In this document: positions 39,601-48,235 of the stretch, piece after piece | Layout: each line of letters opens with the position of its first letter | How positions within the stretch are numbered: position 1 is the stretch's first letter | Notes under the pieces: model-generated | What the model was told of the DNA's origin: nothing | What the model saw: the letters and a program-made list of their open reading frames with translations, nothing else | Database searches by the model: none | Translations under genes and position numbers: made by a program | DNA from: an uncultured virus (IMG/VR IMGVR_UViG_3300040815_001293) | Lineage: Duplodnaviria > Heunggongvirae > Uroviricota > Caudoviricetes | IMG/VR virus record: IMGVR_UViG_3300040815_001293 | DNA length: 64,000 nt | Strand: one strand, 5' to 3'

Positions 39601-40277
39601 CAGAAAACTTAACATTGAGTGGTTCATATACTTTGACACTTGGTGGTATCTTAAATGCAAACTCACAACGTTTAACAAGTGTTGCTAATCCAACTGCGGC
39701 TCAAGATGCGGCTACTAAAGCGTATGTTGACAGCGGACTTGCTGGTCTTTCACAAGACAGTATTTCTGAAGGCGACAGTAAAGTTGAAGTTACAGACAGT
39801 GGCACAGGTACTGTGGTTGTTACACTTGACAATGCGGCACACACTACATTCAACAGTTCAGGTATTACATTATCGACTGGTGTGTTTAGTGGAACTGCAA
39901 CTTCGGCACAATACGCTGACTTGGCAGAGATGTACTCTGCAGATGCAGATATTGAACCAGGTACAGTAGTATGTTTTGGTGGAGACAAAGAAGTAACAAC
40001 TTGTATGGCAGATGCTGACAAGAAAGTTGCTGGTGTTGTTTCAACTAATCCTGCTTACTTAATGAACAGTGACGCAGACGGTGTAGCAGTAGCATTACAA
40101 GGTCGTGTACCATGTAAGGTAACTGGTGCAGTTGCTAAAGGTGATATGCTTGTAGCGGCTGGTAACGGAATGGCTCGTGCAGAAGAAAATCCTGCAATGG
40201 GTACTGTTATTGGTAAAGCACTTGAAAATCACGCAGAAGGCGAAGGCGTTATTGAAGTTGTTGTTGGACGTATGTAA
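36672..40277 (+). CDS. Long tail fibre with probable C-terminal intramolecular chaperone domain
   Basis: Gly/Thr-rich repeats (GNLTGDVTG, QDAATKAYVD, APAALDTLNELAAALGDD). ATSAQYADLAE is followed by a GVVSTNPAYLMN...VALQGRVPCKV domain. Confidence 0.85.
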   Translation: MAVTRIKTNQITDSAVTTAKIANANVTGGKLEANLTYGSNLTVSGNLTVNGTTTTVDTTNTTVADPFMLLGSGGAGNVDGGIIINRGSAGNNAAMIWDESEDQFAMMLTTDAGTTAGNVTIASYGDLKFGTAHGNLTGDVTGNVTGNIDGIVGANTAAAGSFTTIGASSTITASGGVTGNLTGDVSGDVTSTGTSTFTTIDVNGGAVDGAIIGANSAAAITGTTVTATTFVGPIDGVVGGNTPAAGTFTNLTANGTITMSSNAITNVSDPSNAQDAATKAYVDSQLSGAANVVEQLDSNVTVTDTGTNGTITFNIDGASEGTINSDGLSIGNINVDGNTIKTTSGDLTIDPNPGGSGGTVTIQGSLTVTGTTTTVDSTVVTIADPVFQIGADSDDSLDRGIKYLHNDGSSKNGYFGLDESASEFVFIPDATDTSSVFSGSLGSAAFGSMRVTDLTNTRVVFAGANGELSDASSLTFNSGTGALTATKFIGEFEAASGSTTTIGAGQTLDVDGVVDIDASSGNMDGVIIGATTTAAGSFTTINASGTITGDLTGAVTGNVTGNITSTGTSTFTTVDVNGGAIDGAIIGANSAAAITGTTITATSFVGPVTGNVTGTVDGVLGGNTPAAATVTTLTANSNGTIAGTLSVGGTTAVTGATLNVDATDSMKLPVGTTGQRPGSPAQGMFRFNSTTGQIEVYTGVEWNAGADFTTITADSFNGDASTTAFTLSVSGTTATTIVSLNGVVQIPTTAYAVSGTTLTFTEAPATGDVIDARVLTTTSTIIAIADQDGDTQIQVEEGSDDDTIRFDAAGTEMFTINSSGIAGASGARITGILDEDNMASDSATALATQQSIKAYVDAETANVASDTLTLTNKTFDANGTGNSISNIDFADFTSGVILDEDNMASNSATALATQQSIKAYVDAQVVATIDSAPAALDTLNELAAALGDDANFSTTVTNSIATKMPLAGGTFTGDVTAENLTLSGSYTLTLGGILNANSQRLTSVANPTAAQDAATKAYVDSGLAGLSQDSISEGDSKVEVTDSGTGTVVVTLDNAAHTTFNSSGITLSTGVFSGTATSAQYADLAEMYSADADIEPGTVVCFGGDKEVTTCMADADKKVAGVVSTNPAYLMNSDADGVAVALQGRVPCKVTGAVAKGDMLVAAGNGMARAEENPAMGTVIGKALENHAEGEGVIEVVVGRM
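39172..39436 (+). repeat. Direct repeat pair (~70 nt) encoding DEDNMAS(D/N)SATALATQQSIKAYVD
   Basis: Copies at ~39172-39241 and ~39366-39436 share an identical run GCAACAGCATTGGCTACACAACAATCAATCAAAGC. Confidence 0.85.
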
Positions 40278-40305
40278 TCCATACTAAAACTTATACTAAT
40301 ATAGG

Positions 40306-40333
40306 AGAAAGGCCCTACGGGGCCTTTCTTTTT
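40306..40333 (+). terminator. Rho-independent terminator
   Basis: AGAAAGGCCC-TACG-GGGCCTTTCT-TTTT; same stem as the gp23 terminator. Confidence 0.9.
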
Positions 40334-40394
40334 GAGTGACAAGTAGAATAACTTCTGCATAAATACTATAGAATAAGCACATAGGAAGTTTTAA

Positions 40395-41573
40395 ATGCCA
40401 TTAACAAGACCTAAAGCCGCACAGGTTAATTTCGATGTTACAAATCTGTCTGACCCTTTAATACGTTTAAATAGCGGACAAAGTGGGTCTAATGATAAAG
40501 ATACAGGTATAGTATTAGAGCGAGGCAGTGATGCCAATGTCGCTTTAATGTGGGACGAATCTGCCAATAGATTTGTTGCAATTACTACCACTGAAGATGG
40601 AACAACCAACGGTGATGTTACTATCAGCAGTTATACAGATATACAAGCAAACGCATTTTATGGTGACGGATCAAATTTAACTGGCATCAATACACTTACA
40701 TCACTAGATGTTAATACGTCATTAAAAATGGTTAGTGGAGCACAATTACAATTCAGAGATAATCAATCGTACATTACAGAAAATGGTGGAATTTTATTAT
40801 GGAACAGTGCGGCAGGACGTGGAGTTAGAATGTATTCTGCCGGTACTGAAAGAGTTACAGTATCATATGATGGTAATTTAGAATTAAAAACGGGTGTAGA
40901 TATAGTTTTTGAAGGTGCCACAACCAACGATTTTGAAACAACATTAACAGTAACAGATCCAACAGCAGACAGAACTATAACGTTACCAGACACATCAGGC
41001 ACAGTAGCACTAACAAGTGATATTACCACAAACTCAATATCACAAGGAGACAGTTCACTTGCAGTAACAGACTCTGGTACAGGAGTAGCCACATTAGTTT
41101 TAGACAACGCAACACATACAACATTTAATTCAAGTGGTATTACTTTAGCAAGTGGTGTGTTTAGTGGAACTGCAACATCGGCTCAGTATGCTGACTTGGC
41201 AGAAATGTATGCAGGTGATAAAAATTATGAAGTTGGTACAGTAGTTTGTGTAGGCGGTGATAAAGAAGTAACAGAATGTAATTCTTATGCAGATTCGAAA
41301 CTAGCAGGTGTAGTTTCAGATAAACCAGCATACTTAATGAACAGAGATATAGAAGCAGAATATCCTATTTGCGTAGGCTTTGTAGGACGAGTTCCTATTA
41401 AAGTAGTTGGTCATATTGAAAAAGGTGATTTATTAACAACAAGTGAAATTAAAGGATTTGCAACAAAATTTTCACAAGGATCTTATAACCCGGGTTGTAT
41501 AATTGGTTTATCATTAAATGATAAAAAAGATCCTGGAGAAGGAACAGTAGAAGTATTGTTAAAGAGGAGTTAA
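40395..41573 (+). CDS. Shorter tail fibre protein with the same C-terminal chaperone-type domain
   Basis: Shares SI..GDS...VTDSGTG....LDNA.HTTFNSSGITL..GVFSGTATSAQYADLAEMY with the long fibre. Confidence 0.8.
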   Translation: MPLTRPKAAQVNFDVTNLSDPLIRLNSGQSGSNDKDTGIVLERGSDANVALMWDESANRFVAITTTEDGTTNGDVTISSYTDIQANAFYGDGSNLTGINTLTSLDVNTSLKMVSGAQLQFRDNQSYITENGGILLWNSAAGRGVRMYSAGTERVTVSYDGNLELKTGVDIVFEGATTNDFETTLTVTDPTADRTITLPDTSGTVALTSDITTNSISQGDSSLAVTDSGTGVATLVLDNATHTTFNSSGITLASGVFSGTATSAQYADLAEMYAGDKNYEVGTVVCVGGDKEVTECNSYADSKLAGVVSDKPAYLMNRDIEAEYPICVGFVGRVPIKVVGHIEKGDLLTTSEIKGFATKFSQGSYNPGCIIGLSLNDKKDPGEGTVEVLLKRS

Positions 41574-41577
41574 TAAA

Positions 41578-42348
41578 TTGAAACTTCCTTTTTATTCAGA
41601 TGATTACGAAGGTGAATTTGTTATACATAACGTTAATTTAAAAGACGGTGTGAGAACAGAAGACCGTGAGTGGATTCCAAGAACAATTATGAATGATGAC
41701 CATAGAGGTCACGCAGTCGTTGTTGGTAATGGAACTAGTAGAATTAGAAAGCAGTTTTCTCTTAACTTAATCGAAAATCATAGTGGTGGATTATTAGCAA
41801 GTAAAAGAATACAAACTTATGGGTGTAATGCTCTTTATAGAGATATGAAGCCTAGTTTTCTAGTAACTCTACAAGATGATATGACAAAAGAAATTGTAGA
41901 ATCTGGATTTAGCGAAGAAAATATTGTTTATACAACTGCTAAAAATGTTGTGAAATATCCAGGCAAGTTTTCTTTAATACCACAAAATGTTAGTTTTTAT
42001 AATTCAGGAACAATAGCAACATATTTGGCTTGTTTTGATAAACATAAAGAAATTTACTTAATAGGTTTCGATGGACACCGAGATACAGAAATGACAAATA
42101 ACGTGTATGCTGACACACCTTGTTACCCATCAGCCACTGCAAAATCAAACGATGCAAAACAAATAGCACATATGAAAGTTATGTTTGATGCTTACAAAGA
42201 TGTAAAATTTCATTGGGTAAATGATAATCCTGCTTATACTTTTCCAGAAGAATGGAATTGGTGTAAGAATGTAAATTACTTAACTTATAGAGAATTTATT
42301 AGTGAAATGGATCTCGGCGTACAGTTGAAGTACAACTGGAAAAGTTAA
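41578..42348 (+). CDS. Glycosyltransferase-like Rossmann-fold protein (GT29/Maf-like, tentative)
   Basis: VVVGNGTSR, YGCNALYRD, NSG..A...A and IYLIGFD motifs. Confidence 0.5.
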   Translation: MKLPFYSDDYEGEFVIHNVNLKDGVRTEDREWIPRTIMNDDHRGHAVVVGNGTSRIRKQFSLNLIENHSGGLLASKRIQTYGCNALYRDMKPSFLVTLQDDMTKEIVESGFSEENIVYTTAKNVVKYPGKFSLIPQNVSFYNSGTIATYLACFDKHKEIYLIGFDGHRDTEMTNNVYADTPCYPSATAKSNDAKQIAHMKVMFDAYKDVKFHWVNDNPAYTFPEEWNWCKNVNYLTYREFISEMDLGVQLKYNWKS

Positions 42349-43736
42349 ATTACAACTCTCCAACTTTTTGGAGCATACTCTCCCTCAAAACTCTTAAGCC
42401 ATTGTGTACCTGTCCATTTATATTGAATACCAGTAGTTGCATTAGTTACATATTGTAAATCACTAACAGTGCTAGAGTCAAAAGCAATAGTCCATTGTGT
42501 ACCGTCCCACTCAACAATATCATTTGTTTTAGCAATAAAATCTACATTACTATTACTTTTCCAAAAGTCCGGACCATCTGTATTTGTAGAGTCTCCAATA
42601 TCTTCTAATATTAAGTAACGATTGCCCGTAGTCTTAACAACGTTTGTTGACGTTGCTTTTGAAGGTCTTATAATGGCATTTATTGCCGTTAAGGTGTTAG
42701 TGGGTATTGTGTCATTATCTACCGTTACAAGAAGGATATGAGGGTCTGCTGGGTGATATGCAATGGTTCCTACAACTTCTGCGTCATTGTCTTGTGTAAA
42801 TCTTACTTGTGTAATGCCTGGATTTATAGGACCATATTGTTCTAGTACTGCTCTCCAACTTGGTTTTGTTAAGTTTTCTGTAGTAATTGAAGTTGTATCT
42901 AAAGTATCTTTTGTACTTTCTCTAAAAGTATCAACAAGTTCGGCTTGACCATTTAATAATATAGCACCGTAATTGCCTGGAGTAACACCTAATCTTGTTC
43001 CCATAACTAATTTATCATCAGCAACAGAATTAACAAGGTCGCCACTTCCATCATATACACTATTAATAATTTTGTGTATAACTCCCATCTTTTTAACATT
43101 AGCAGGCATTGTTAACCAAATAGGCATACTAAATTCTAATGTAGCAATATCAATTTGGTCTTCGGTACCTACTGGAATACTTCTTGAACTAAAGTTTACA
43201 TTTTCTAATTGTACTAAACTTAAACTAGTCCAGTCGATATAATTGTCTGTACTTTGTATTTCTAAACTAGGATTAAACAAACATAAAATTTGTTCTAAAA
43301 CTTGTAGTTTCATTTCAGTGTTAGTTGTCCATATATCTACATTTAACCTTAAGTCATAAGGAACAGGCATATGTCTTTCAACTGTAACTGCATTACTTTG
43401 TGTACGACTATAAGTGTCTGTACTAGCATTATATTTTCTTTGTCTAACGTGAAGTTTATCTACAAAGTTTGGTTCTTGTACACGTTCTCTACTGTATGTC
43501 ATACTTTGAATGTAAGTAGTCATTCTTGGAGCACTTAAAACTTTATTCTCACTTGCATCTCTCATTACTTGAGCAACGTTACGACTCATGTCGCCGTAAG
43601 TTACAGGTATACTAATTAAATCTCTTACACCTGAAGCATTTGGAGAACCAACTTCTACTTGGAAGTTACTGAAAAGTCTAACAAATTGTAGTAAAAATCT
43701 TCTAATTTGATTATCGTAAAAAAACTGTCTAGCCAT
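42345..43736 (-). CDS. gp15: Tail sheath stabiliser/terminator (gp15-like) with C-terminal extension
   Basis: FFYDNQIRRFLLQF..LFSNF, IPVTYG, MPVPYDL and QILCLFNP motifs; next to the gp14-like gene. Confidence 0.8.
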   Translation of the reverse strand: MARQFFYDNQIRRFLLQFVRLFSNFQVEVGSPNASGVRDLISIPVTYGDMSRNVAQVMRDASENKVLSAPRMTTYIQSMTYSRERVQEPNFVDKLHVRQRKYNASTDTYSRTQSNAVTVERHMPVPYDLRLNVDIWTTNTEMKLQVLEQILCLFNPSLEIQSTDNYIDWTSLSLVQLENVNFSSRSIPVGTEDQIDIATLEFSMPIWLTMPANVKKMGVIHKIINSVYDGSGDLVNSVADDKLVMGTRLGVTPGNYGAILLNGQAELVDTFRESTKDTLDTTSITTENLTKPSWRAVLEQYGPINPGITQVRFTQDNDAEVVGTIAYHPADPHILLVTVDNDTIPTNTLTAINAIIRPSKATSTNVVKTTGNRYLILEDIGDSTNTDGPDFWKSNSNVDFIAKTNDIVEWDGTQWTIAFDSSTVSDLQYVTNATTGIQYKWTGTQWLKSFEGEYAPKSWRVVI

Positions 43737-43737
43737 T

Positions 43738-44934
43738 TTAGTTGTCCTCTTCCGGTGTTAGAACATCACTTAAACGCTGTCTAGATTTTCTAGTAGTTCC
43801 ATCATCATCGACATATGTTTTTGTATTATTAATGAAGCCGTCTTTTTGTGTTGTACCTGCACCACCTGTTGTACTTGTACGAACAGCATCTTCAATTTTA
43901 ACCCAACGATTTCCATCGTATCTAAATAAACGATTTGGTTTGTAATCTAGTCTAAGCACATAATCTCCAATATCTGCACCACTTGGGAAAGAAGTTGCAG
44001 GAGTTACAGGATAACCGTTAGGAGCAACACCGTCACCAGCCATGCCACCCGGACTATTATATCCTTCTTTACTTGGTGTAACAGGCATTTCATCAGCAGA
44101 AACAAGTGTACTACTTGCACCAACTGATGTTGTATCTGCACTGTCGCCTTCTGGGTCAACAGGTGTTCCATCTTTATTAGTTGGAACAACATAAAAAGAA
44201 CTTGTGTCGTAACCACTTTTTGGTACTTCTTTTTCTGCTTGTTGTATAATTGCAGTATTAATTTCAATTTCTTGTTTGTATGTACTTAATAAATCTCTTA
44301 ACTTGTTATCAGCACCAGTAACATCTGAACCGTCTTGTTTTTTAGCAGTTTGATCAAATATACTTCTGTATTCTTGTGAGTCAACAAGTGGCGTACATTT
44401 AACTCTCCACAAGTGTGGATACCATGTTGGACTAAAACCTTCAGCGGCTCTGTTACCATCTTGTACTACATAATAACGTCTTAATGCCGCGGGCAAAGCC
44501 GAATCTAATGGATAAAAATCTCTCATATGAGGTAGTTCTAAAACGTCTCCGTTAATAAGTTTTCTACCTAAACCTTCTACCATATCGTTCATATGGAAAG
44601 TGATAAACAGTGTATCGTTTTGTAAAAATAAGCCAAATTGTGTAAGATCAAAATCGATATCTGCAACGTTATAAATGCCTCTTAATTCGTAAACAGATGT
44701 ATCGTACTTCCTATCTCTGTTCTCGAGGAATAATAAATCTTGAATGTTTTGTTCACTCTGTGTAGCATAACTTGGCTGACTAGAATCTGTTCCATCATTG
44801 TTAGCCGTGTCGGCTCCTAAGAACTTATGAATGTTAACTCCGGTACCGCCGATGGTGAACATTTCACGAATTCTACTATCGAAAAAATTATAGTCCTGCC
44901 CTTTTTCAGGCTTCCACATGGATAATTTTGGCAT
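43738..44934 (-). CDS. gp14: Neck protein (gp14-like)
   Basis: QDLLFLENRDRKYD, LTQFGLF and GDVLELP motifs; synteny with gp13 and gp15. Confidence 0.7.
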   Translation of the reverse strand: MPKLSMWKPEKGQDYNFFDSRIREMFTIGGTGVNIHKFLGADTANNDGTDSSQPSYATQSEQNIQDLLFLENRDRKYDTSVYELRGIYNVADIDFDLTQFGLFLQNDTLFITFHMNDMVEGLGRKLINGDVLELPHMRDFYPLDSALPAALRRYYVVQDGNRAAEGFSPTWYPHLWRVKCTPLVDSQEYRSIFDQTAKKQDGSDVTGADNKLRDLLSTYKQEIEINTAIIQQAEKEVPKSGYDTSSFYVVPTNKDGTPVDPEGDSADTTSVGASSTLVSADEMPVTPSKEGYNSPGGMAGDGVAPNGYPVTPATSFPSGADIGDYVLRLDYKPNRLFRYDGNRWVKIEDAVRTSTTGGAGTTQKDGFINNTKTYVDDDGTTRKSRQRLSDVLTPEEDN

Positions 44935-44954
44935 TATTTATATCCTCTTTGTAG

Positions 44955-44962
44955 TATTTATA
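44955..44962 (-). promoter_or_regulatory. T4-type late promoter TATAAATA for gp14-gp15
   Basis: Exact consensus, followed by an AGAGGA RBS and ATG 44934. Confidence 0.75.
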
Positions 44963-44996
44963 CAATAACATTTCTTTGCTAAAATGCAAAAAAAGG

Positions 44997-45024
44997 TTGA
45001 CAAATGATTAAAACATAGTATATT
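44997..45024 (+). promoter_or_regulatory. Sigma70-type promoter
   Basis: A-tract, TTGACA (44997-45002), 16-nt spacer, TATATT. Confidence 0.5.
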
Positions 45025-45081
45025 TAAACATATTCGCATATATAAAGGCATACAGGACAAGATTTTGGAAAAGGAATATCT

Positions 45082-46353
45082 ATGAAATTACCACGTAAAA
45101 AGCCTACAAAACCGAGGACATCGAGACTTGCAGATGAATCTTACACAGGACCAGAACCTGTTTGGGACGATTGGCAGACGTGGCCTATTGAGAAATTTCA
45201 CAAAGAGCACCATAGAGTAGGCACATATTACAACTATCATTACCAACCTAAAGACTTGTTACCTAAAGTTAAGGAATGGATGCTTACCAACGGCTATAAT
45301 AAGAAAGATGTACAAGCAATCAGTGTTTGTGAATTATGGCGTATTAACATAACAACTTGTGGAATATGTTGTGCCTTACTTCGAGGTATGCCAACACACC
45401 ATCCAGAATATGACAAGTACTTGGAGAAACTGCCTGGTGTTATAGGAGGACAATCTGACCCATCAGAATTTGTTCGTAGGCAATTAGACGAAGTTATTGT
45501 TATGGGAAAAGAGAAACTTAAAAAGAAAGGCTTCGAAGTAGAAAAGCAAATTAAGTTAACAGGCGGACCTGTATTAACAATTCAACAAAGATTGCGATTA
45601 TCTGCATTAGCACTCACTGATGAGATAGAAGAATTTTTAGATAGTGCAGTAACTGACTTGGACAACTTTGATATGAAGAAATTTAATCCGTTAAGTATTC
45701 TTCGTAAGCAACAGGCAAAATCTGCTCATGCAAAAATTATTAGAGAATATTATAGTCCTAATTTAAAAGAATGGGAAGAACTATTAGGACCTAAAAAAAT
45801 AGATGATGACTGGTATGATCAATTAATTGAAGCATATAGTCCAATGACACCTAAACAACAAAAGAAAATGCTAGACATTTATCGAGAAATAGATAATGCT
45901 TGTTCTATGTTAATTCAAAAAGGAAAAGCAGAACGTAAACCTCGTAAACGTAAAATTATATCAGCCGACAAGCAAGTTGCTAAAATGAAATATTTAAAAG
46001 AGTTTGGGGAACTAGGATTAGTAAGTGTAAATCCTGCAGAAATTCCAGGTGCTAGTGAACTTTGGATTTATAATGTAAAAACTCGTAAAATAGGAAAGTA
46101 TGTTGCTAAAAATATAGACCCTACAGGACAACAACGTGAAGGTAGTGGGTTAGGTGTTAAAGGAACCACTATAACGGGCTTTATTGAAGAGAGTGTACAA
46201 AAGACCCTTCGAAAACCTAAAGAGCAACTAGCGACGTTTAAAAGCGCCGGAAAGATACTTCTACGGAAGTACCTAGATGATATTAAAGCAGTAGATACTA
46301 AATTAAATGGTAGAATTAATGACCAGACAATACTGTTGAAAGTTGCTAAATAG
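45082..46353 (+). CDS. Hypothetical protein (basic; probably non-structural)
   Basis: 423-aa ORF with AAGGA RBS and a sigma70-type promoter. Confidence 0.75.
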   Translation: MKLPRKKPTKPRTSRLADESYTGPEPVWDDWQTWPIEKFHKEHHRVGTYYNYHYQPKDLLPKVKEWMLTNGYNKKDVQAISVCELWRINITTCGICCALLRGMPTHHPEYDKYLEKLPGVIGGQSDPSEFVRRQLDEVIVMGKEKLKKKGFEVEKQIKLTGGPVLTIQQRLRLSALALTDEIEEFLDSAVTDLDNFDMKKFNPLSILRKQQAKSAHAKIIREYYSPNLKEWEELLGPKKIDDDWYDQLIEAYSPMTPKQQKKMLDIYREIDNACSMLIQKGKAERKPRKRKIISADKQVAKMKYLKEFGELGLVSVNPAEIPGASELWIYNVKTRKIGKYVAKNIDPTGQQREGSGLGVKGTTITGFIEESVQKTLRKPKEQLATFKSAGKILLRKYLDDIKAVDTKLNGRINDQTILLKVAK

Positions 46354-46374
46354 TACATATAAGAGGAACAATCC

Positions 46375-47124
46375 ATGGCAGATCTAGCGACAGAACAAAA
46401 TAAAGTATTCGAATATGTAAAAGCCAGTTTAGGCGGAGGCATGGTCGAAGTTGAACTTGACCCATCACATTACCAAATTGCTTTGCAAAAGTCTTTTGAT
46501 GTGTATAGACAAAAGAGTTCAAATTCTGTTGAAGAAAGTTATGGATTTTTAACACTAGTTCAAGAGCAACAAGAGTATATCCTACCTGATCAAGTACAAA
46601 CAGTTAGAGAAGTATTTCGTAGAAGTACAGGCGGATCTGCAACAGGTACAATGTTTGAACCTTTTGAAGCAGGATATGTTAACACTTACTTGTTACAAGC
46701 AGGTAGAGTTGGCGGACTTGCTAGTTATGAAATGTTTTCTCAATACCAAGAATTAACAGCCAAAATGTTTGGCGGTTATATTAATTTTACATTTGAGCCA
46801 GTAAGTAAAAAATTAACAATAGTTAGAAGAGTTAGAAATACTGGTGAAAATATCCTACTTTGGATGTATAATGAAAAGCCAGATGTTACATTATTGACAG
46901 ATAATCGTTGTAAAAGTTGGCTTTATGATTATACACTTGCACGTTGTAAGTATATGCTCGGTGAAGCAAGATCAAAATTCGCCACTATCGCTGGTCCACA
47001 AGGCGGTACATCACTTAATGGTGATTCCCTAAAAGCAGAGGCACAAACAGAGCTTGACAAACTCGAACAAGACTTGTATAATTTAACTGATAGCCAGATG
47101 CCAATGACTTGGGTAATCGGCTAA
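46375..47124 (+). CDS. gp13: Neck protein (gp13-like)
   Basis: LGGGMVEVEL; WLYDYTLA..KYMLGEARSKF...GPQGG.SLNG motifs. Confidence 0.85.
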   Translation: MADLATEQNKVFEYVKASLGGGMVEVELDPSHYQIALQKSFDVYRQKSSNSVEESYGFLTLVQEQQEYILPDQVQTVREVFRRSTGGSATGTMFEPFEAGYVNTYLLQAGRVGGLASYEMFSQYQELTAKMFGGYINFTFEPVSKKLTIVRRVRNTGENILLWMYNEKPDVTLLTDNRCKSWLYDYTLARCKYMLGEARSKFATIAGPQGGTSLNGDSLKAEAQTELDKLEQDLYNLTDSQMPMTWVIG

Positions 47125-47151
47125 ACTTAATAACAACAATTAAGGAATCTA

Positions 47152-47784
47152 ATGATTATTGGAATATGCGGACTCATTGGGTCCGGTAAAGGCACAGTCG
47201 CAGATACGTTAATAGCCGAACATAACTTTAAAAAATTAAGTTTTGCAGATGCACTTAAAGATGGTGTAGCAACAATATTTAATTGGGATCGTAAAATGCT
47301 CGAAGGTGATACTAAAGAAAGTAGAGACTGGAGAGAAAAACAGGATTCTTTTTGGACAAAGGAAACAGGCAAAGAAATTACCCCTAGATTGGTATTACAG
47401 TTATTTGGTACAGAATGTATGCGTGAAGGATTCTTCGACGGTGTGTGGGTAAGTTTAGTTAAGCAAAAAATATTAAACAATCCAGAACAAAACTGGGTTA
47501 TACCTGATGTGCGTTTTCCAAACGAAATAAAAGCAATTAAAGAATTAAACGGAAGTTTATGGCAAGTACGCAGAGGCGAAAAACCTTTATGGTGGGCAAC
47601 TGCTTTAAGTATTAATGAGAATTGGGAGTATGTGGGTGAAAATCACAGTATGAGTGTAGTGTTCCCTGAAGTACACGAAAGTGAATGGCGTTGGGTTTGT
47701 CCTGACGATAACTTTGATGCTATTATAGGTAATGATTCGACATTAGAAGGCCTTAAACATCAGGTACTAAATCTCCTTTCTTAG
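47152..47784 (+). CDS. Deoxynucleoside monophosphate kinase (T4 gp1-like)
   Basis: GLIGSGKGT P-loop, SFADALKD, TPRLVLQLFGTE and DVRFPNE motifs. Confidence 0.93.
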   Translation: MIIGICGLIGSGKGTVADTLIAEHNFKKLSFADALKDGVATIFNWDRKMLEGDTKESRDWREKQDSFWTKETGKEITPRLVLQLFGTECMREGFFDGVWVSLVKQKILNNPEQNWVIPDVRFPNEIKAIKELNGSLWQVRRGEKPLWWATALSINENWEYVGENHSMSVVFPEVHESEWRWVCPDDNFDAIIGNDSTLEGLKHQVLNLLS

Positions 47785-48100
47785 AGTTCCAACCTGAGTG
47801 TCCTAACTCAATCAAACAATTTAAGCATACAGTTTTAAGATTACTATGTTTAATATTAATTAAATTACCATCTATAAAATATACTTCTAATTGGTCATAG
47901 TACTTTGCTTTAAAACCACAATTTTCACAAGTACTTTTTTTCTTATATCCTGCTTTAGCCCAGACGGTTAGTTTGGGTTTCTTTATAAAGTTGCGGTTGC
48001 AACTATCACACATTTTACGGTAATAAACCTTTTCACCTTTTTTATAGTTGACAGCGGCTGACTTCTTCTTGCATTTAACACATATGGGCCTGGTTTTCAT
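47753..48100 (-). CDS. Zinc-finger protein with degenerate HNH-like domain
   Basis: Likely start is ATG 48100 (MKTRPICVKC). Four CxxC pairs; QLEVYFIDGN...NLKTVCLNC. Confidence 0.7.
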   Translation of the reverse strand: MKTRPICVKCKKKSAAVNYKKGEKVYYRKMCDSCNRNFIKKPKLTVWAKAGYKKKSTCENCGFKAKYYDQLEVYFIDGNLINIKHSNLKTVCLNCLIELGHSGWNSKKGDLVPDV

Positions 48101-48235
48101 ATAGTTATTTATACCCCGCCCTTTAAAGGTGACGTCAATACTGGTTATTAAACATACCTTTTTACGGTTTTTTACTAAATACAATAACAAAGTTGTAAAC
48201 GAATTACAAATAAAATAATTTGCGAGGATAAAAAA

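Noticed and set aside
39172..41210. Fibre repeats as a diversity-generating retroelement TR/VR pair
   Set aside because: Differences are mostly synonymous and not adenine-specific, and no reverse transcriptase is present in the window.
48101..48190. N-terminal extension of the zinc-finger ORF given by the ORF track
   Set aside because: It overlaps two divergent late promoters; ATG 48100 directly after TATAAATA is the more plausible start.
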